From assembly GCA_016181965.1 (NCBI GenBank), contig JACOYH010000003.1, forward strand, positions 65,013 through 129,012: a DNA stretch of 64,000 nt. Direction: 5' to 3'. The notes below the pieces were generated by a model that worked only from the letters and a program-made list of their open reading frames with translations, was not told the DNA's origin and searched no databases. Position numbers and translations under genes: made by a program. The DNA is from Candidatus Nealsonbacteria bacterium. GTDB lineage: Bacteria; Patescibacteriota; Minisyncoccia; Minisyncoccales; MHMH01. Positions 58,987 through 64,000 of this stretch are shown in pieces (positions within the stretch are counted from its first letter, which is position 1; every line of letters starts with the position of its first letter).

Positions 58987-59415
58987 ATGGCATCGCGTCA
59001 CCTTTCTCGTTCTATAGTTATGCAGTCCCTTTACGAGTGGGACTTTTCTGGCAAGCAACCCGGCAAATTAGATGAAATAATAGAAAAGAATATCCTGGAA
59101 TATGGAGTAGGGCTGGAAAGCACCGACTTTATTTGGCAATTAGCCAAAGGAACAAACGAACATTTGCCGCAAATAGATAAGATTATAGAAAAAGCGGCCC
59201 CGGAATGGCCAATTAATCAGATTACCATTGTTGATCGTAATGTCTTGAGAATAGGCCTTTATGAGCTGCTTTTTGCCAATAAGGAAGAAGTGCCCCCCAA
59301 AGTTGCTATCAACGAGGCCATAGAGCTGGCTAAAACATTCGGGGGGGAGAGCTCTGGCAAATTTATCAACGGCGTGCTGGGCACGGTATACAAAGAAATT
59401 AATCCAGAGCAATAA
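58987..59415 (+). CDS. nusB: Transcription antitermination factor NusB
   Basis: [14 protein letters not shown]...[15 protein letters not shown]...[17 protein letters not shown]. Confidence 0.85.
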   Translation: MASRHLSRSIVMQSLYEWDFSGKQPGKLDEIIEKNILEYGVGLESTDFIWQLAKGTNEHLPQIDKIIEKAAPEWPINQITIVDRNVLRIGLYELLFANKEEVPPKVAINEAIELAKTFGGESSGKFINGVLGTVYKEINPEQ

Positions 59416-60116
59416 TGCACGATTTTTCAAAACTGGAAACACAGCTGAAAATTGACTTCAAAAATAAAGACCTTCTTTTACAGGCCTTTGTTCACAGGTC
59501 GTATCTTAACGAAAACCCCGATTTGCCCGTTGGCCACAACGAACGGCTTGAATTTTTAGGCGACGCTGTGCTGGAGTTGGTAGTCACCGAATACCTTTTT
59601 AGAAAATACCCCGAAAAGCCCGAGGGCGAACTAACTACTTGGCGAGCCGCTTTGGTTAACACTAAGATGCTTTCCGAGGTCTCTCAAAAGCTTGGTTTTG
59701 ATGATTTTCTTCTGCTTTCGCGCGGCGAGACAAAAGAAAAGGGCAAGGCGAGGCAGTTTATTTTAGCTAATACCATAGAGGCCTTTATCGGCAGTATATA
59801 CTTGGATCGGGGCATTTCTGCTTGTCAAAAGTTTATAATCAGCAACGTTCTCTCGGAACTTCCCAGGGTTATCGAAGAGCGATTATTTAGTGACGCAAAA
59901 TCGCTTTTTCAGGAAAAAGCGCAGGAGAAAACGGGTATCACGCCAACTTACAATGTTTTGAAAGAATGGGGCCCAGACCATGCCAAGCGTTTCGTGATCG
60001 GGGTTTTCCTGAAAGGTGCGATGGTAGCAGAAGGAGAGGGCTCTTCAAAGCAGGAGGCAGAAGAAGAAGCGGCCCGTAATGGCTTGGAAGCCAAGGGCTG
60101 GTTGACGAAGTCATAA
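59415..60116 (+). CDS. rnc: Ribonuclease III
   Basis: NERLEFLGDAVLELVVTEYLF signature plus a C-terminal dsRBD (GPDHAKRF...GSSKQEAEEEAA). Confidence 0.9.
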   Translation: MHDFSKLETQLKIDFKNKDLLLQAFVHRSYLNENPDLPVGHNERLEFLGDAVLELVVTEYLFRKYPEKPEGELTTWRAALVNTKMLSEVSQKLGFDDFLLLSRGETKEKGKARQFILANTIEAFIGSIYLDRGISACQKFIISNVLSELPRVIEERLFSDAKSLFQEKAQEKTGITPTYNVLKEWGPDHAKRFVIGVFLKGAMVAEGEGSSKQEAEEEAARNGLEAKGWLTKS

Positions 60117-60135
60117 TTTTAAGTAAAATGGTCTT

Positions 60136-60471
60136 ATGTTAGTAATTCGCCTATTAAGGACGGGAAAAAAGAATCAGCCGACTTTTAAGGTTGTGGTAAC
60201 CGACAAGAAGAATCCGCCTCGAGGTGGCCGTTTTGTGGAGGAGGTAGGTTTTTACAATCCCGTCAAAAAACAAAGGAAACTGAAGGGGGAGAGGATTCAA
60301 TATTGGATTTCTAAGGGGGCACAGCCGTCCGACACGGTATACAATATGCTGGTTTCAGATAAAATTGTTGAGGGCAAAAAGAGGCCTAGCCACACGAAAG
60401 TGGAAAAACCCGTAGAAGTGCCAAAGGAAACGTCAAAAGAAGAAAAACCGGCAGAAGCCGTCCAATCTTAA
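60136..60471 (+). CDS. rpsP: 30S ribosomal protein S16
   Basis: MLVIRLLRTGKKNQPTFKVVVTD...GFYNP...IQYWISKGAQPSDTV. Confidence 0.9.
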   Translation: MLVIRLLRTGKKNQPTFKVVVTDKKNPPRGGRFVEEVGFYNPVKKQRKLKGERIQYWISKGAQPSDTVYNMLVSDKIVEGKKRPSHTKVEKPVEVPKETSKEEKPAEAVQS

Positions 60472-60501
60472 AAGTGTTAGACATCGGATGTCTAACACTT
60501 T
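60471..60501. repeat. REP family A copy
   Basis: AAAGTGTTAGACATCGGATGTCTAACACTTT, a 14-bp hairpin. It overlaps the last base of the rpsP stop and ends 2 nt before tRNA-Ala. Confidence 0.85.
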
Positions 60502-60502
60502 A

Positions 60503-60578
60503 GGGCCCATAGCTCATTTGGTAGAGCGCCACATTTGCAATGTGGAGGTGGCCGGTTCGAGCCCGGCTGGGTCCACCA
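60503..60578 (+). tRNA. tRNA-Ala (anticodon TGC), CCA encoded
   Basis: GGGCCCA...CCACA-TTTGCAA-TGTGG...GCCGGTTCGAGCCCGGC-TGGGTCC-ACCA. The G3:U70 identity pair is present. Confidence 0.9.
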
Positions 60579-60713
60579 CTTCAATTTGAAACGAGGTCGG
60601 ACCTCGTTTCATTAAAAGTTTTCCACAGGGGTGGCTTTTTTGTTTACACTGGACTTGGTATAATAATTTAATCTGTAAAGGTCGACGAATTAACACTAAC
60701 AATAAAAAATTTT

Positions 60714-61391
60714 ATGGTTATAGATTGGGCTTCAGTTACAGTCGCGGCCTTACAAAATCTCTGGATGGGATTTTTTAATTTCATCCCCGCCCTAATCGGC
60801 GCAGTCGTCGTTTTCGTTATCGGCTGGTTTATTGCTGTGGGAGTCGGCAAGCTTGTGTCCGAGGCTCTCAAACGGTTAAACTTCAACCGCATGTTCGAGA
60901 AAGGCGCATGGAAAGAGGCCCTGGAGAAAGCCGAGTTTAAAGTTGATGCCGCTGGTTTTGTCGGCATGGTGGCGCAATGGGTTTTGGTAATCGTTTTCTT
61001 GCTGGCCTCGGTTGAAATCTTGGGATTAACGCAGTTCGCCGAGTTCTTAAACAGCGTTCTAGCGTATTTACCCAACGTGATAGTGGCCACTTTCATTTTT
61101 GTGGCAGCGGTCATTATTTCTGAATTGCTGGAAAAAGTCCTCCGCGCGGCCGTGGAATCCATCAAGGTTGGCTATGGACACTTGGTTGGCGTTATCGTTA
61201 AGTGGTCAATCTGGATTTTCGCTTTGCTGGCAATTTTGATTCAGCTTCAAGTAGCGCCTTCCCTGATTAATACCTTATTTACCGGATTGGTTGCTGTGAT
61301 CGTCGTTAGCGCCGGTTTGGCATTTGGTTTGGGTGGCAGAGAAATCGCCGCCGAGGTCTTGCGCGACCTATACAAAAAACTCAAGGGATAA
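60714..61391 (+). CDS. Polytopic membrane protein (conserved TM-helix repeat type, tentative)
   Basis: 225 aa with 4-5 hydrophobic helices and an internally repeated pattern. The family assignment is from weak recall only. Confidence 0.55.
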   Translation: MVIDWASVTVAALQNLWMGFFNFIPALIGAVVVFVIGWFIAVGVGKLVSEALKRLNFNRMFEKGAWKEALEKAEFKVDAAGFVGMVAQWVLVIVFLLASVEILGLTQFAEFLNSVLAYLPNVIVATFIFVAAVIISELLEKVLRAAVESIKVGYGHLVGVIVKWSIWIFALLAILIQLQVAPSLINTLFTGLVAVIVVSAGLAFGLGGREIAAEVLRDLYKKLKG

Positions 61392-61428
61392 TTTAACTCT
61401 TGCTAATTGATTTTTAGCGCGCAGTTCG

Positions 61429-61455
61429 CCCCCCACCATAATTTGGTGGGGGGTT
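61429..61455 (+). terminator. Hairpin/terminator after the membrane protein gene
   Basis: 10-bp stem CCCCCCACCA/TGGTGGGGGG with a TAATT loop, then TTGAATT. Confidence 0.45.
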
Positions 61456-61468
61456 GAATTCATATAAT

Positions 61469-62095
61469 ATGCCCAAAAAGAATTATTTTATATCTTTTAT
61501 CGGGGGTATTGGGGCCGGCAAAACAACGGCTATGGAGCTTGTTGCCAGCGCCTTGGGGTTTAAGTCGGTTCGCGAGCAGTATAGCCAAAATCCTTTTTTG
61601 CCCCTTTTTTATAAGAATATGAAAAGATGGGCGATGCATTCCCAGCTTTTTTTCCTTTCAGAAAAAATCTCCCAGCTTCTTGAAATTAAAGAGATGCTGG
61701 CAAAAGAATCGATTGCGCTTGATGTGGACATACGCCAAGATATGAATTATTTGGAGGCCCAAAAAGAGCGGGGGATTATCAGCGCAGATGAAAGGGCGCT
61801 TTATTACAAAATATATCGCGGCGTGGAGAAATTTCTGCCAAAACCCAATTTGATTGTTTATTTAAAGTCAAATCCCGTAATCTTACGGCAGAGAATTAAG
61901 GAGCGAGGCAGGTCCTTTGAGCGGGGCATGACGCTTGCGTACCTGCGTTCGCTTGTCGGGGCGCAGGAGCATTGGCTAAGGAGGAATAGGGGCAAGCTGC
62001 CGATTCTTATTATTGATTCTGATAAATTGAATTTTGCCAATCACGATCCTCACAAGCAAGAATTCATTGACGAGATAAAAAAACGCCTGTTATAA
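61469..62095 (+). CDS. Deoxynucleoside kinase
   Basis: The ATG at 61469 gives MPKKNYFISFIGGIGAGKTT (P-loop)...ERGRSFERGM..., dNK/dCK/dGK family layout. Confidence 0.75.
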   Translation: MPKKNYFISFIGGIGAGKTTAMELVASALGFKSVREQYSQNPFLPLFYKNMKRWAMHSQLFFLSEKISQLLEIKEMLAKESIALDVDIRQDMNYLEAQKERGIISADERALYYKIYRGVEKFLPKPNLIVYLKSNPVILRQRIKERGRSFERGMTLAYLRSLVGAQEHWLRRNRGKLPILIIDSDKLNFANHDPHKQEFIDEIKKRLL

Positions 62096-62130
62096 AAAGG
62101 ACCTCTCGCGAGGCCCCTTTTTGTATTTGT

Positions 62131-62865
62131 TTACAGCAGAAAATCATTTTCATTGCCGCCATTTCTGACAAAATCTGCGAGATAGCGATTTCTTTGCTCC
62201 CGAAATTCATTTACATATTCTATGGTTTCATCAATATAGGGCCCGTATAGTGTCCGAAGCGAAGGAAATTCTATGGCATATTTTTGCAGGGCGGGAATTT
62301 CGGTTTCGAGGCACTTGGGCGCAAAATGCGTGTTGCCCAATCGGCATTCATGCAGAGAGCGTTTTACTGCGCCAATCTTTTCAATAGCGTTAAAAAATCG
62401 CGATTCTGCGCTGTTGATGGATAAGGCGGTACCTAGGACCGCCTGACGAAACGCATAAAGAAAATATTTTCTGACCCCCCGGGGAAGAGGCGAAACGATG
62501 TGCTCAAACGCCAGCATTTCCATATTGCGTTCAGCGCTTCCTTTGATTGGGCCGAAGAGGTCGCCTTCAAAGATTTCGCTAATATCGTGAATCAGGGCCA
62601 TGGCGCATAATAGCCCCAGATCGAGTCGATCTTCCGCGGCGCGGTATTGGTTTTCTTCAATGGCGCAGATAAGCGTTAAAAGAGCTGTTTTGTAGGAATG
62701 CTGCAAGTCGTTCTCTCTGACCGATTGGCCGGCTATTTTTTCCCGATATTCCCAGCGCACAACCGACTCGAGTCCTTCGGCAATACCCTGAAGATATTCA
62801 AAAAGATTGCCTAGGCAAATTTTATCGCCGCTTTCCAGTACTTTTTCCAACCTTGCCGCGTCCAT
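62131..62865 (-). CDS. HD-domain phosphohydrolase (YfbR-like 5'-deoxynucleotidase, tentative)
   Basis: The ATG at 62865 (MDAARLEKVL) follows GGGGAGG. QHSYKTALL...ALIHDISEIFEGD, the H...HD...D pattern. Confidence 0.65.
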   Translation of the reverse strand: MDAARLEKVLESGDKICLGNLFEYLQGIAEGLESVVRWEYREKIAGQSVRENDLQHSYKTALLTLICAIEENQYRAAEDRLDLGLLCAMALIHDISEIFEGDLFGPIKGSAERNMEMLAFEHIVSPLPRGVRKYFLYAFRQAVLGTALSINSAESRFFNAIEKIGAVKRSLHECRLGNTHFAPKCLETEIPALQKYAIEFPSLRTLYGPYIDETIEYVNEFREQRNRYLADFVRNGGNENDFLL

Positions 62866-62929
62866 TTTTCCTCCCCGATGATAGGTGCTATTTATTCCAT
62901 AGCACGCTTTTCTATGCGCCACAACCGTT

Positions 62930-62983
62930 ATTAGCGGGATCGTTTCTCGCTAGTAATTACTAGCGAGAAACGATCCCGCTAAT
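62930..62983. repeat. 54-nt perfect palindrome, repeat family B full doublet
   Basis: ATTAGCGGGATCGTTTCTCGCTAGTAA|TTACTAGCGAGAAACGATCCCGCTAAT. All 27 pairs were checked by hand. Confidence 0.9.
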
Positions 62984-63029
62984 TATTCTTTGAGAATTGT
63001 TGTAGGTTATGTTAAAATATGATTGTTTC

Positions 63030-63101
63030 GGGCGGTTAGCTCAGCGGTAGAGCACTGCATTCACATTGCAGGGGTCATAGGTTCAAATCCTATACCGCCC
63101 A
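63030..63101 (+). tRNA. tRNA-Val (anticodon CAC)
   Basis: GGGCGGT-TA-GCTCAGCGGTAGAGC-A-CTGCA-TTCACAT-TGCAG...ATAGGTTCAAATCCTAT-ACCGCCC-A. Confidence 0.9.
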
Positions 63102-63115
63102 CTATTACTATAATT

Positions 63116-64000
63116 ATGCCGACCAAAAATCAATTTTTTAAGATTATCGTTTATATCGCCATAGCTTTGGGAATGCGTTTTCTGATTGTAGATCGAATTT
63201 TAGAGAGCACGGAGCTTTGGTGGCTGCAGGCCATAGTGATTATAACGGTTTTCAGCGTGGGCATAGGTTATATCTTTCGCGGCACGGCAAAGGTGATAGA
63301 AGAAACTACGGACGTGCTCAAAGACCGCACAAAATTGGCCGGCGGTTTTCTTCAATCATTCGGGACCGCCTTCCCAGATATGGTCATCGGCGTAGTGGCG
63401 GCCATGATCTCTCTGCAGGTTAGGGATACCGACTACGTGCGCGCTATTAATTTGGCTATTATTGCGGCCTCAACCACTTTCGGTTCCAATATTTATAATA
63501 TTTTGCATGCGGTCTGGTGTATTTATCGCCAGAACTTAGCAAACGCGAAACATAGGGCCGTGCTTATGTTCCCGCGCTTCAAAGCCGGAGGGAGTTTGAA
63601 GCCGTTTGAGGAACACGAAACCAAACCATCGGTTAGAGAAATGGACGCCGCAATTCGCATTTTGACGGCCTTAACCATGTTGACGGCTTTTGTGGCCGTG
63701 AGTATGGTTTTATTCGGTCAAGTTAAAGACGCGGATGGGAAAATCGCAGGCGACCTTTATCAATTAATTCTGCCCATAGGCATTATTTTATTTATTCTAT
63801 GCGCGGGCGTTCTTTATTATTTTCGCAAGAGTCATCGCCCAGAATCACCGGTGGAAGAAATTCGCGCTCAGGAACGATATTATGACAAACTTGGCTCATG
63901 GCGCATATGGCTGGATTTAGTTTTATCCGGCATAGCTATTTTATTTGTGGCGGAAAGCATGGTTAAGACCATGGAGGTTTTTTCTCAGTTAACGCATATT
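63116..64000 (+). CDS. Cation/Ca2+ exchanger (CaCA)-like membrane protein, 3' end outside window
   Basis: It is absent from the ORF track because it has no stop. My translation from the ATG at 63116 runs 295 codons open to the window end. AGGFLQSFGTAFPDMVIGVVAA resembles the alpha-repeat G-x-S-x-P-E region. Confidence 0.55.
   Translation, partial: MPTKNQFFKIIVYIAIALGMRFLIVDRILESTELWWLQAIVIITVFSVGIGYIFRGTAKVIEETTDVLKDRTKLAGGFLQSFGTAFPDMVIGVVAAMISLQVRDTDYVRAINLAIIAASTTFGSNIYNILHAVWCIYRQNLANAKHRAVLMFPRFKAGGSLKPFEEHETKPSVREMDAAIRILTALTMLTAFVAVSMVLFGQVKDADGKIAGDLYQLILPIGIILFILCAGVLYYFRKSHRPESPVEEIRAQERYYDKLGSWRIWLDLVLSGIAILFVAESMVKTMEVFSQLTHI

Noticed and set aside
60514-61165. Minus-strand ORFs of 62 aa (60514-60702) and 165 aa (60668-61165)
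   Set aside because: The first overlaps tRNA-Ala in antisense. The second is antisense to a membrane-protein gene with a clear hydrophobic periodicity.
24788-62983. Possibility that the recurring palindromes are a CRISPR array
   Set aside because: The copies are dispersed over tens of kb, differ in family and lack regular repeat-spacer periodicity. No cas1 or cas2 is nearby.
63217-63423. 68-aa plus-strand ORF from the track
   Set aside because: It is out of frame inside a longer open frame that starts at the ATG at 63116 and runs to the window end. That longer frame encodes a convincing polytopic membrane protein.
1-64000. Alternative genetic code (UGA recoding, as in some CPR lineages)
   Set aside because: TGA terminates well-conserved genes at the expected positions: mnmA at 16560, glyA at 48438 and galT-like at 13869. 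I saw no in-frame TGA inside the conserved genes I translated.

Overview
The window reads as a gene-dense housekeeping region of a small, streamlined bacterial genome. My inference is a Candidate Phyla Radiation / Patescibacteria-like organism. The reasons are no rpmD between rpsE and rplO, no rplA after rplK, many domain-minimised enzymes, and standard code with TGA as stop. All calls come from reading the sequence and the ORF track. No searches were run, and hand-counted coordinates may be off by 1-2 nt. Content in order: (1) tuf 3' end, then the S10-spc ribosomal protein cluster with secY-adk-map (1-11.9 kb). (2) A roughly 9 kb block of unrelated genes lies between map and infA (GT2, galT-like, tpiA, mnmA, alaS, ftsA-like). 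(3) The alpha operon follows (infA-rpmJ-rpsM-rpsK-rpsD-rpoA-rplQ) plus rplM-rpsI. (4) Next come a Cas4-like nuclease, a PEGA protein, murA, mreB, holB, frr, an M50 protease, proS, a second mreB and gatCA. (5) A tRNA cluster (one atypical CAT tRNA, tRNA-Met/Ile2 CAT, tRNA-Asp) sits beside a small GIY-YIG/NDT-like islet. (6) pheST, gyrB, secE-nusG-rplK. (7) A dTMP/folate cluster: dCMP deaminase, tmk, a ThyX-like gene, glyA, folD, deoC. (8) gatB, a REP-flanked RAYT-type transposase, miaA, miaB, a Kazal-domain secreted protein and thrS. (9) rpmF-nusB-rnc-rpsP, tRNA-Ala, a deoxynucleoside kinase, an HD nucleotidase, tRNA-Val and a partial cation-exchanger gene. No rRNA and no CRISPR array were seen. 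The most unusual signals are non-genic. First, there are several families of nested palindromic (REPIN-like) repeats, one of them bracketing a RAYT gene. Second, there are four G+C-rich mini-cassettes in housekeeping gaps, three of them preceded by a near-consensus promoter; all have a strong SD and an intrinsic terminator. One at 16.56-16.86 kb folds into multiple hairpins with two GCAA tetraloops. One at 42.87-43.35 kb encodes a 112-aa protein with 19 Arg, 9 Trp and no Lys or Asp. Other points of note are an RpoA without an alpha-CTD and a zinc-ribbon form of L24.
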